From a virus: 64,000 nucleotides of DNA. Location: the IMG/VR virus record IMGVR_UViG_3300042013_000061, positions 1-64,000 of that record, one strand, 5' to 3'. Of the stretch, positions 55,438 to 64,000 are shown piece after piece. The stretch's first letter is position 1. Each line of letters starts with the position of its first letter. The position numbers and the translations under genes were made by a program. The notes below the pieces were generated by a model. That model ran no database searches. It was not told where the DNA came from and was given only the letters and a program-made list of their open reading frames with translations.

Positions 55438-57375
55438 TTATATTCCGTGCTTCTTGCGAAAGCTGGCTAATGAGAGAATTGGTTTTCCAAGGGATTTCGC
55501 CTCTTTAGTCTTTTCGTTGGAAGCATTGTCGTCTTTCACGATCAGCAGAGTTGCCTGCTTAACCGTAGAGGCAATCTTCCCGCCGTTCGCGATAATCCAC
55601 TCTTGCAATTGTTTGTCCCTTACGGACGTGAACAAAACAACTTGGCCGCTCATTTTAGAACCGGTGACTTCTGCTTTTTTCGCTTCAGTCAGTTTGATTC
55701 CGTTGCGCTTGCAGAACTTCAGGAACACACTGAAATTCTCTGCAATTTGATGGGCCAGTTTATTAAAGCCTTTAACCTTTCCAATACGTTCTGCCAATTC
55801 ATCCACAGACCAATCGGAATCCAACAGGTCTGGAATATCATCGACGATATATTGCAAACGTTTCTCCCCAATTCCTTCGCCAAAAGCGGCAGAACCCTGA
55901 GCAACGTTTTGGAAGGTCATGCGTGATCTTGCGTCTTTGAGTGCCTTGTGTAATTTCGCGGCACTTGTATCGGCACTGCGCGGCAGGGCTTGCAAATCCT
56001 GCATCGTCATTTTCATGATTTTCTTCACGGTGTCATAACCTGCATCAACAAGTTTTGTGATAACCCCTTGTTTAACGCCGTCAACTTCGAGTACCGTGAA
56101 AAAGTAAGTCAATTCTTTAATTGTGCGCAGGTTTGATTTTTCATCATGCACTACGCGGAAATGCACACCGTCGGCTTCACGTTCATACGGGCCGGGCGGC
56201 AGGCTGGCTTTCTTCGCACCTTTAACGATTTCCATAATGTACGGAATTACGTCACCGGAACGAACAGCTTTAATAACTGTGCCCTTGTTAATCGGGCGCG
56301 GGGCATACGGCGCCTTTTCTTTTGGCTTCGGTTTCAGATAACCGTGCTCAATGTAGAACGCGTTATGTCCGGTAAACCACGAAACTTCTACGCCGCCAAT
56401 AATGGTCGGTTCGATTGTAATTCGCGGGAACCATTTTCCGTAACGCGTTTCTTCCCACACAACATCCTTGACGACCAATTCAATTGCGTTCGCCAGACTG
56501 TTGATTTTGAATGCGTAGGCGTGGGTCGGATAACCCGCCGTCACCTTGTAGGCTTTGTTTTGCGTTACCACAACACCGTCGATATCCCGGCCTGCTTCCT
56601 TCTTGCGCTGGTCGTGATATTTTTCCAGAATTTCAGGTGTGATTTTCTTTACGACAATGTACGGCACAACGTCGAAACCGTATTGCTCAAGTTTCTTCAG
56701 TTGGTTTTCCAGTGGGCCACCAGCAGTGATGCCCTTCAGGATTTCGTAACACACAACACGGAACTTTTTCATGTCCGTGTGGGCTACGTTCCGATTCAAC
56801 AAACCACCGGCTGTGTTGCGTCCGGTCTTGTCGTCAGGGAAGAACTTTTTAAATGTCGTCTTGTCGATTGTGAATTCAGCACGCACAATAAAGCGGCCTT
56901 TGAACGCAATCTTTTTCGGGATTTTCATGTAAGGAATTGCTTTCGAAACGTCCTTACCGACCAGCCCTGCTTTGCCGCGTGTGGTTGCCAGAATCGGCAC
57001 GCCCCCGTCATAGGTAATCGACAGGGAAATACCGTCTTCTTTATCCGACAATACATACGACGTAGCTTTCATAAAAGCAATCTGGCGAGCCGGTGACAGA
57101 ACCCGGAATTTATCCAGACTCGCCATCGGCACTTCCAGAGTAATGTCGGCGTTTTTCACACCACCGACATTCTTTTCAGTCTTCTTTTTCTTGGAAATCG
57201 ACCAACGATAATCGTCCATGATATCGTAGGTTTCATCACCAATAACTTCCGCATTTGCACGGTAGCGGTCGTCGAGTTCCTGCAACACAGCATTCAACTG
57301 AGCGAGCGTTAATGACTTCGCAAACTTTAACGGGTCACGGCGCATTGCTCGCTTCTGTTCAAGCGTGAATTTCAT
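55438..57375 (-). CDS. ligA: NAD-dependent DNA ligase
   Basis: Domain Ia (Y...D..YD), M.SLDK, KEDG, TRG, RN.AGG, DIDGVV, AFK, RSGDVIP, HhH, C-terminal BRCT. Confidence 0.93.
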   Translation of the reverse strand: MKFTLEQKRAMRRDPLKFAKSLTLAQLNAVLQELDDRYRANAEVIGDETYDIMDDYRWSISKKKKTEKNVGGVKNADITLEVPMASLDKFRVLSPARQIAFMKATSYVLSDKEDGISLSITYDGGVPILATTRGKAGLVGKDVSKAIPYMKIPKKIAFKGRFIVRAEFTIDKTTFKKFFPDDKTGRNTAGGLLNRNVAHTDMKKFRVVCYEILKGITAGGPLENQLKKLEQYGFDVVPYIVVKKITPEILEKYHDQRKKEAGRDIDGVVVTQNKAYKVTAGYPTHAYAFKINSLANAIELVVKDVVWEETRYGKWFPRITIEPTIIGGVEVSWFTGHNAFYIEHGYLKPKPKEKAPYAPRPINKGTVIKAVRSGDVIPYIMEIVKGAKKASLPPGPYEREADGVHFRVVHDEKSNLRTIKELTYFFTVLEVDGVKQGVITKLVDAGYDTVKKIMKMTMQDLQALPRSADTSAAKLHKALKDARSRMTFQNVAQGSAAFGEGIGEKRLQYIVDDIPDLLDSDWSVDELAERIGKVKGFNKLAHQIAENFSVFLKFCKRNGIKLTEAKKAEVTGSKMSGQVVLFTSVRDKQLQEWIIANGGKIASTVKQATLLIVKDDNASNEKTKEAKSLGKPILSLASFRKKHGI

Positions 57376-58682
57376 AGACGTTTTCCAGCAGTCAAGTCGA
57401 GGTCAGCGGCTTGTTCCATAACTTTGTCGAGCGCCTTACCTTTAATGGTCTTGACGTAGGTTACAGATTTCATAGACCGCAAGTCTTCACCGGCAGGCAC
57501 TTTGTAATGACGCAGAGATTTTTTATCGGCGTTAAACATAACGAGAACATCCGTCATGCCGGTCGGCTCAATGGAAACAACTGTCCATTCCGTACCGTCT
57601 TTCGAAGCCAGTACCACGCCTTCTTCAGCGAGAATGGCATCAGGTTCGGGAAGTTCTTCGCCCGTCTCTTCGTCGATATCATGATCTTGATGGAAGTCCA
57701 TTTCTGGATCATCTTCTTCATCAAATTCGTCTTCGTCTTCCAGTGGTGTAATTGCCGGTTTACCTTGGGTATTTACAGTATCCAAATCTTCCATTTCAAA
57801 TTCGTCAGGAGGATTAAGCAGATTATCTTCTTCTTCCTCGTCGAAATCCATTTCCTCTTCCAAATCTTTGTAGTGGAAATCCGAAACAAGTGGCTTTGTT
57901 CGGTCTACAAATTTGTCGGGATCGTGTTGCGATTCCTTGACCATTGGAATCTTTACGCGGCCCGGTTTAATTTCTTTCGGAATGCGAATCTGCGGACGGC
58001 GCGCACGCTTAGGCAAAGTCGCAATCAGGTCTTTCAAATCCACGAGGCCGCGTTGCTGTTGTGCGCTCGGAAGAATGTCAGAATTAAGCGTAATCTTTTC
58101 GTATACATCGTGGTCAATGTTTACGCGTTCGCCATTCTGCATAATCACGTAACCACCGTGAGACTTGCGCATATAGCGAAGGCCGACCACATCACCGTCG
58201 TGCAGACTGGAACGCGTAGTGCCGTGATGTTTTGTTACCACGTTTACGGTGCGAACCATTTTCCGCCATTGGTAATTCGCTCGGTCATACGATACAGCTT
58301 CGTTAATCGTACCGCGTGCCACGAAATATTGTGCGGTTTGTTTGTCACCAGTTTCCAAATGCTGCTTTCGCAACTGGCCTTGACGCTGGCCGGTCTTCGC
58401 GGGCTTTTCGGGAATCCCTTGGTAGGGTTTCAAATGCTTGATAAACTCGTCGATTTTTTCTTGCTTGATTGAGCGGAAAATCTTCTGAGGATATTTCGCC
58501 AATACCACTTGATACGCACCAGCGGTTGGCCCTCGTGTAGCTTTCCGCAAACCGATCAAATCGTCCGTCTCAACTTTGAGCGGCAAATCAGCGTCGAGTT
58601 TCAGTTCAAACATCGGCCCTTTATTTGACATCCATTCAAATTGCTTGAAGTCTGCCTGTACTGCGGCGAGGGCGATAATCAT
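57372..58682 (-). CDS. Putative head protein, acidic, with duplicated N-terminal domain
   Basis: MIIALAA start; DDLIGLR / GDVVGLR repeats. Confidence 0.7.
   Translation of the reverse strand: MIIALAAVQADFKQFEWMSNKGPMFELKLDADLPLKVETDDLIGLRKATRGPTAGAYQVVLAKYPQKIFRSIKQEKIDEFIKHLKPYQGIPEKPAKTGQRQGQLRKQHLETGDKQTAQYFVARGTINEAVSYDRANYQWRKMVRTVNVVTKHHGTTRSSLHDGDVVGLRYMRKSHGGYVIMQNGERVNIDHDVYEKITLNSDILPSAQQQRGLVDLKDLIATLPKRARRPQIRIPKEIKPGRVKIPMVKESQHDPDKFVDRTKPLVSDFHYKDLEEEMDFDEEEEDNLLNPPDEFEMEDLDTVNTQGKPAITPLEDEDEFDEEDDPEMDFHQDHDIDEETGEELPEPDAILAEEGVVLASKDGTEWTVVSIEPTGMTDVLVMFNADKKSLRHYKVPAGEDLRSMKSVTYVKTIKGKALDKVMEQAADLDLTAGKRL
57770..57778 (-). promoter_or_regulatory. Putative intragenic middle promoter CTGTAAATA upstream of ligase
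   Basis: Exact core match ~400 nt upstream of ligA. Confidence 0.45.
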
Positions 58683-60346
58683 AACGCGATAATCTCTTTC
58701 GTTGTGGTGACGGTTTCGTGTTGCAGCGTATAGGAAACACTCACGTTATAAGTGCCCGGTACGTTTGCATTCACGCTACCAAAACTCACGCTTGCCAATT
58801 CATCAGAGCAGAACCACAATGGCGAAACAACACGTTCACTTCCATCACTGAATGTTGCAACAGCGACATAAGCGTTTGCGGTATTTGCACGAATAGATTC
58901 TGGCCCTTCAATGCGAATCGAGAGCGGGAAAGTTTTATTGTCAATCAGGGTTACAGGCAATTCGGTCATCAGGTCTACGCCGCTAATGCTGGTCGAAGCA
59001 CGGATTACCAATTCTGCCGTTTCAACAACTTGCACAGCATGCAGAACGCCGTTGTTGGAAATGTTCGCAATATACTCATTGGAAATTTCCCATTTCGCAG
59101 GCAACACAATGTCAGCGCCATCCTCGTAAACCACGTGGAATTTGAGAAGCTGATATTCACCGACGTGCATCGGACTGCGCAGTTCAATGTAGCAACTAGC
59201 AGGCAAGGAGAGTGCAGGAACTACTTCGATATTTCGCGTTACTTGCAAATCCTCGTAAACTGCCATGAGGTTGACCGAAGTTTCAGCCTCGACTTTCGGT
59301 GCTGCGTAGAGCTGATTCCCGTCATCAATTGAACCGGCGATTGTGTTCGTGTGGATTCGGGATTGCACTGCTTTTTTCGTACCGTCTGTAAAATGCACAG
59401 TCGTGTAATACTGCACGACCAAACCTTCACGCACACGAGCAGGGCCGTCAATCGACAGATACTCAGGACGCACTGTAATATCCAACACGCTCAATTCAAT
59501 TGACGCACTGGTCACAGTACCTTCGAAATCGTAAGACGCAATAATGGTCGTATTTTCTACGCCGTTAACTGCGTTTGCACAAAAGGTTCCGTCGCAGGAA
59601 ATTTCCCCGGCTTTCGGATTCGTGTGCATCCATGTTGCAATTACTTGCTGATTTTTCCCATTGTCGAACAGAACTTCGAAACCAAAGTTGGCTCGGCCTA
59701 ATTCAGTGATAATGGAAGGGCCAAAAATAAAACCTTTGACCGGGTAAATTGCGGAGTCAACAACGAGAACATCAAGAATTGCTGTGCGCGTAATTCCGGC
59801 GACAATGTAAGTCGCGGTGAATCGCACTAACGCACTGCCGCGAATCTTTTGGAAATGGGCAATGCCGGTTGTGTCGATTGTGGCAATACTTGGCCGACTT
59901 GATGTAAAAGTTGTGGGCACAATTTCCACAGTAGAACTATCATCGTAACGAGCGGTGACGACGTAAGTTTCAACTGTGTTTTTCTCGACTTCACCTTTGC
60001 CGTTAATGACAATAGAAACCAGCGTGGGCGGTGTGTCGATATCGCGAACAGTCACAATCGTTGTGCTGGTCAGCGTCGAGTCGGAACCTGCATGGTAATA
60101 CAGGCAAGAAACTTGCACAGAACGCGTGCCCGTTGGAACGGTGCCGCCTGTGAATAAACCATCTGCTGAAATGCTGCCAAAGGGCGAGGCAATTGCCGAC
60201 CATGTGGCTAATACTTCGTGTTGTGAATTGTCTTCAAATGTCACGATTGCGCGCATTTGAAAAGTTGATCTTTCTGCAACAGGAACGGTGGGGCCGATGA
60301 TATCTATTTGAACCGGCCACAGTTCCTCTAAGCTAGTATCGGCCAT
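58679..60346 (-). CDS. Ig-like (Big_2-type) repeat virion protein, ~6 repeats
   Basis: I.GP..V......Y...A.F.DGS......W.S......I...G repeats. Confidence 0.85.
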   Translation of the reverse strand: MADTSLEELWPVQIDIIGPTVPVAERSTFQMRAIVTFEDNSQHEVLATWSAIASPFGSISADGLFTGGTVPTGTRSVQVSCLYYHAGSDSTLTSTTIVTVRDIDTPPTLVSIVINGKGEVEKNTVETYVVTARYDDSSTVEIVPTTFTSSRPSIATIDTTGIAHFQKIRGSALVRFTATYIVAGITRTAILDVLVVDSAIYPVKGFIFGPSIITELGRANFGFEVLFDNGKNQQVIATWMHTNPKAGEISCDGTFCANAVNGVENTTIIASYDFEGTVTSASIELSVLDITVRPEYLSIDGPARVREGLVVQYYTTVHFTDGTKKAVQSRIHTNTIAGSIDDGNQLYAAPKVEAETSVNLMAVYEDLQVTRNIEVVPALSLPASCYIELRSPMHVGEYQLLKFHVVYEDGADIVLPAKWEISNEYIANISNNGVLHAVQVVETAELVIRASTSISGVDLMTELPVTLIDNKTFPLSIRIEGPESIRANTANAYVAVATFSDGSERVVSPLWFCSDELASVSFGSVNANVPGTYNVSVSYTLQHETVTTTKEIIAL

Positions 60347-60375
60347 GAATTATTATCTCTCCGAAGTCTGCAACT

Positions 60376-60408
60376 GAAAAAAGCCAGCCACCCGAAGATG
60401 GCTAGCTT
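60376..60408 (-). terminator. Rho-independent terminator
   Basis: AGCTAGCCAT-CTTCGG-GTGGCTGGCT-TTTTT. Confidence 0.85.
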
Positions 60409-60418
60409 ACTTTTTCCG

Positions 60419-62743
60419 TTACACGTATTTAATGGAGTAGTTATCGGTACGCGGCGAGAATTCCGGCAACGTAGTTGCCTCACTGCGAACAACAATCCAC
60501 GGACGCACACCGGTTCCGTCGTCGAATTGCACGGTCAGAGTTTTCGGCAAGTTTGCATCGTAACCCGGCAGACCTTCTTCGTTACCAATTACATCGTTGC
60601 GGTAATTAATACCGTCGAAAGTAACGTTGAAAGAGTTCGCCAAATCGACGATGAAAGTATCACCAGCGCGAGCATCCCACATCACGTAAACATAATCGTC
60701 CACGGAAATTGTTGTGGAGAAGTTTTTCGCGATACCGTCCATTGCAACGTCCAACGTGTTGGTCATTACATCAGCAACGAAATCGGTGAAACCTGTCCAG
60801 TGGGTGTACTGGCGACCGCTAGCCGAAGTTTCTTCGGTCACACCATAATCGCGTTCTTCCTGAGTAATTTCGCCAGCAATTGGGCCGCCGGTGAACTGGA
60901 TGTTGGAGAACATCGCAACGCCGTAACGCAGCGGCGGAATTGCAACAGAAACGGTTTCGATAACAATCGCTTTTGTTGCGTTCAACACGATGCCGTCTTC
61001 GGTGTAGTTTGCGCGGATACTTACGTTGCCATTTGCAACACCGGTAGCTTCACCAGCGGCGTCGATTGTGGCTTTCGTCACATCCGAAGTGCTCCAAGTA
61101 GTCGGAGCTTTAACAACGTCCGAACCGTCAGCATAAGTCACGGTGTAAACGAAAATCGCTTTGCCCAAAGGAGCGAGCGAACTAACGCCGGAAATTGCAG
61201 CAGAAACAGGCCAGTTTTTCGTGTCAGCAATTGCGATTGTTTTCTTCGCAGTAACAGTCACGCCGTTTTGTGTGTACGAAACATTCACTTCAACGGTTTT
61301 GCTACCCGGAACAGTCAGCGGCTTGGCAGTCAACAGACCGTTTTGGTCAATTGTTGCGTAGGTGCTAGCAGTTACAGACCAAACGCCAGCCACGTCACCG
61401 TTGGTTGCGTCAGAGAAAGAAACGGCTGCGTTCAAGTCGATAGAATCGTCTTGATCTACAGAAACCGGGCCGGTAATTGCAATGCTGTTTGGATAAACCA
61501 GCGGGTCTTTAATCGTTACGGCGATTGTGGCTTGGCGAGTCACGCCGCCTGTTGCATAAGTTGCAGTCAGGTTAGTGGCAACGTCGCGAACCTGATTCGA
61601 TTTCGGAGTCAGCACGCCAGCGGTGAAAGAACCCGCATTTGTGTTGCTCGAAACAAAAGCATTCGGCGTAACAATGTTGGTGCTGCCGTCAGTGAAATGT
61701 GCGCGCACAGTGTACGTGCCGGTTTCCGATTTCAGGAACTGAGTCGGGCCGAGGATTTCGATATGATCCAGAATTACCAACGTCGGATCACCAATAATGG
61801 TAATCACATAATCCTGATAAATCACGGTGCCGGAATCAGGATGTGTCCACGTAGCGCGAACAGTTACCGGAGTGTCAACGGCAACCAGACCTGCTTTAAA
61901 CACGCCGTTATTCGTGCCGATTTCTGCGTGGTCGAGATTATCCTGCAAAGTCCATACAGCTTTTACGCTGAAGAATTTGCTTCCGTCGTCCATCGTTACA
62001 TCGGCACGCAGAACGTGATTCGATGCACCCGGTACATGTTCGGTTGGGCCAACAACAGCGAGGCCGGTAGGCAGCGGGCCGACGTATTCAAATTCGGTAG
62101 TCGGTGGCAACCATTCCGCGATGAAATTGCCGACTTGATCCACACCGGTAATAAACAGCAATTCACCGTTTTTTGGATCGGAACCGATAATGCTTACAAA
62201 CTTATCAGAACCATCGCCAGCGGAAATCATGGTGCGCGGAATATCAGCGTGTGTATGCGGACGCGGATCACGAGCATTCGCCATACGCGTGTCGTTAGTG
62301 CCGACAACGATGCGATCACCCGGAACAGCTACAGCATCATGCGATGTTTCAAAACCACCGTAACGATTTACCGAAGCGAGGCCCGGCAAAAAGTTCTGAA
62401 TTTCACCCAAGATCGGATCGGATTCTTTTTTGAAGTATTGAACTTCTTCAAAGATTTCATCAACAGACGAAAGCACCGACCACGAACCGCGATAGTCTTT
62501 ATCGTCGTATTTTTCAGCATCAACACGACGCATCAAAACTTTGTAATCTTCGTGTTCTGGATTCGCGTTAATCCAAGTCACGTTGTAAGGAACGGTGAGG
62601 GTATCCGGTTCAAGAAGTGAAACGAGGACAACGAATTGTTTTCCGTTGCCCTCGATCAGAATCTCAACCGGGTTAAAGCGAGACAGACCGCGATAATTCA
62701 AAGCAATCGCAATTTTCTCGTCGATAAACTCGGTCAAAGTCAT
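60419..62743 (-). CDS. Ig-like repeat fibre/virion protein, ~4 repeats
   Basis: Big_2-type repeats; N-terminal domain paralogous to 62753..63397. Confidence 0.85.
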   Translation of the reverse strand: MTLTEFIDEKIAIALNYRGLSRFNPVEILIEGNGKQFVVLVSLLEPDTLTVPYNVTWINANPEHEDYKVLMRRVDAEKYDDKDYRGSWSVLSSVDEIFEEVQYFKKESDPILGEIQNFLPGLASVNRYGGFETSHDAVAVPGDRIVVGTNDTRMANARDPRPHTHADIPRTMISAGDGSDKFVSIIGSDPKNGELLFITGVDQVGNFIAEWLPPTTEFEYVGPLPTGLAVVGPTEHVPGASNHVLRADVTMDDGSKFFSVKAVWTLQDNLDHAEIGTNNGVFKAGLVAVDTPVTVRATWTHPDSGTVIYQDYVITIIGDPTLVILDHIEILGPTQFLKSETGTYTVRAHFTDGSTNIVTPNAFVSSNTNAGSFTAGVLTPKSNQVRDVATNLTATYATGGVTRQATIAVTIKDPLVYPNSIAITGPVSVDQDDSIDLNAAVSFSDATNGDVAGVWSVTASTYATIDQNGLLTAKPLTVPGSKTVEVNVSYTQNGVTVTAKKTIAIADTKNWPVSAAISGVSSLAPLGKAIFVYTVTYADGSDVVKAPTTWSTSDVTKATIDAAGEATGVANGNVSIRANYTEDGIVLNATKAIVIETVSVAIPPLRYGVAMFSNIQFTGGPIAGEITQEERDYGVTEETSASGRQYTHWTGFTDFVADVMTNTLDVAMDGIAKNFSTTISVDDYVYVMWDARAGDTFIVDLANSFNVTFDGINYRNDVIGNEEGLPGYDANLPKTLTVQFDDGTGVRPWIVVRSEATTLPEFSPRTDNYSIKYV

Positions 62744-62752
62744 GACGATTCC

Positions 62753-63397
62753 TTATTTCTGAATGTCGGTGGAAGTCAGTTGACGCCATACAGCGTTGCC
62801 GTTCCCGGTAGCAACCAGAGTCGCGCCAATTACTGGCGTTGGGCTGTCACCGATGGTCACGATTGCGCTTTTGGTTTTCAACTGATTTGCAGGTTTTTCT
62901 GCGTGCGTGTGTTCGGTCGGAACGCGGTCGTCGGTCAAACGCGGATCGCCTTCACCAACTGCAATCGGTTTTGCACCGTCAGCAGGGGCAACAGACAAAC
63001 GCGCAATGCCGAGAACGGTTGTCGATGCTGGCGGAATCGGATTCGCTTGATTCAGAAGCGCGGCGTCTTCGTCGTCGTAGAATTGATCCTCGTTAAATTC
63101 CAGCATTGTGTCGATTACTTCCCACGTGTGGTTAGTACCGGCTGCAACATCCGGGTCTTTCGAAACACGGCGGCGCGCTGCTTTGTAATAAGCGCTCAGC
63201 GGATTGAAATCGAACCAAACCACATTGAGTGGCAGGATTTCGGTAAATGGTTCGCGCAATGCGCAAATCACAGTTTGAACCCGGCGCACGGTGCTATTCG
63301 AAATGCGCGTGGTAATCGGATTCGTTTCATCCATGTTTTGAATGTCCGACAGGACAAGCAAAGAATCACGGATACTTTCGAGTTGTTTCTCAGCCAT
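62753..63397 (-). CDS. Virion fibre-base protein
   Basis: EP....P.NV.W...NP and DPRL.D.R.P..HTH motifs. Confidence 0.75.
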   Translation of the reverse strand: MAEKQLESIRDSLLVLSDIQNMDETNPITTRISNSTVRRVQTVICALREPFTEILPLNVVWFDFNPLSAYYKAARRRVSKDPDVAAGTNHTWEVIDTMLEFNEDQFYDDEDAALLNQANPIPPASTTVLGIARLSVAPADGAKPIAVGEGDPRLTDDRVPTEHTHAEKPANQLKTKSAIVTIGDSPTPVIGATLVATGNGNAVWRQLTSTDIQK

Positions 63398-63402
63398 TTT
63401 AA

Positions 63403-64000
63403 TTAAGCCTCGGTAAAGGTCATGGAAGAACCGAAATTGCGAATGTCAGCAGTCAGGGAAGCACGGCTGGCCGGAATCTCAGGGTCAATGACGAAATCAA
63501 TCGCCATATCGTTATTCGCGATTACTTCAGTTGTGTTGTTGCGTTCATCGCAAATGGTTTCCCAATCGTTGATACCGCGACCGCGTTTCACTTTGGCTGC
63601 TTCAGCATCGACGATGCCTTTCAATTGATCCCGTTCGTATTTATCGTTCGGGTTGAAAACAGACGGCAGAAACGCTTTACGAATCAGCGTTTTCACACCG
63701 TTAACCAGACGACGCACGTTCACGTATTGGAAACCAGACTCGAAAGCCTGCAACGTGAGTTGTTCGAAAATAACGAAACCGCGTTTTGGAATGCGGCGGA
63801 TGTAGTTAATCTGCGATTGTTGTAGAGCATTACGCTCTTGCAGATTGTATTTCCGGCTCAGGTTGGTAACTTTCAACTGACCACGAGAAATACCAGCCGG
63901 TGCCCAGTAGTAGGCTTTTACGCGGTCGGTGTACGCATAAGCTGCGGCAACCAAACCAGACGGCGGACACATGATTTTGCGACCGGAAACGTCGTCGGTG
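63403..64000 (-). CDS. Tail sheath protein 2 (C-terminal part, truncated by window)
   Basis: PPSG, WAPAG..RG, INYIR, VNVRRL, FNPND, CDERNNT. Confidence 0.9.
   Translation of the reverse strand, partial: TDDVSGRKIMCPPSGLVAAAYAYTDRVKAYYWAPAGISRGQLKVTNLSRKYNLQERNALQQSQINYIRRIPKRGFVIFEQLTLQAFESGFQYVNVRRLVNGVKTLIRKAFLPSVFNPNDKYERDQLKGIVDAEAAKVKRGRGINDWETICDERNNTTEVIANNDMAIDFVIDPEIPASRASLTADIRNFGSSMTFTEA

Noticed and set aside
60398-62620. 740-aa plus-strand ORF
   Set aside because: Antisense shadow of the Ig-repeat gene.
1-64000. tRNA, rRNA, CRISPR array, integrase/transposase, introns/inteins, alternative genetic code
   Set aside because: None recognised by eye; conserved genes are intact in the standard code and all three stop codons are used.

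Overview
This is a 64-kb segment of a lytic jumbo myovirus genome; essentially all real genes are on the minus strand. Gene content and order suggest a Pseudomonas phage of the Lu11/PaBG-like group, but host and group are inferred. Bases 1-34,000 are a dense accessory region of small hypothetical genes. It includes a histone-H1/AlgP-like KTSC protein, an XRE HTH protein, a pyrimidine-dimer glycosylase, a stand-alone AlgR-like LytTR protein, a VgrG3-like lysin, a MazG-like protein, a metallophosphoesterase, a DUF1353 protein and dCTP deaminase. Bases 34,000-64,000 are virion morphogenesis: baseplate, a dual-hydrolase tail protein, two tubes, two sheaths, major capsid, scaffold, prohead protease and Ig-repeat fibres, with an NAD-dependent DNA ligase and a GT2-TPR glycosyltransferase embedded. 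Notable non-ORF signals: an apparent programmed -1 frameshift (A_AAA_AAG plus downstream stem-loop) fusing 30251-31201 to 29436-30227; three promoter classes, the early one carrying a conserved GGCA-N4-TGCC element; RsmA/CsrA-like ANGGA hairpins; a candidate late small RNA; and a recurrent [AS]-x-A-S motif in head proteins. All family assignments come from motif recognition by eye, not database searches. No tRNA, rRNA or CRISPR array was seen.
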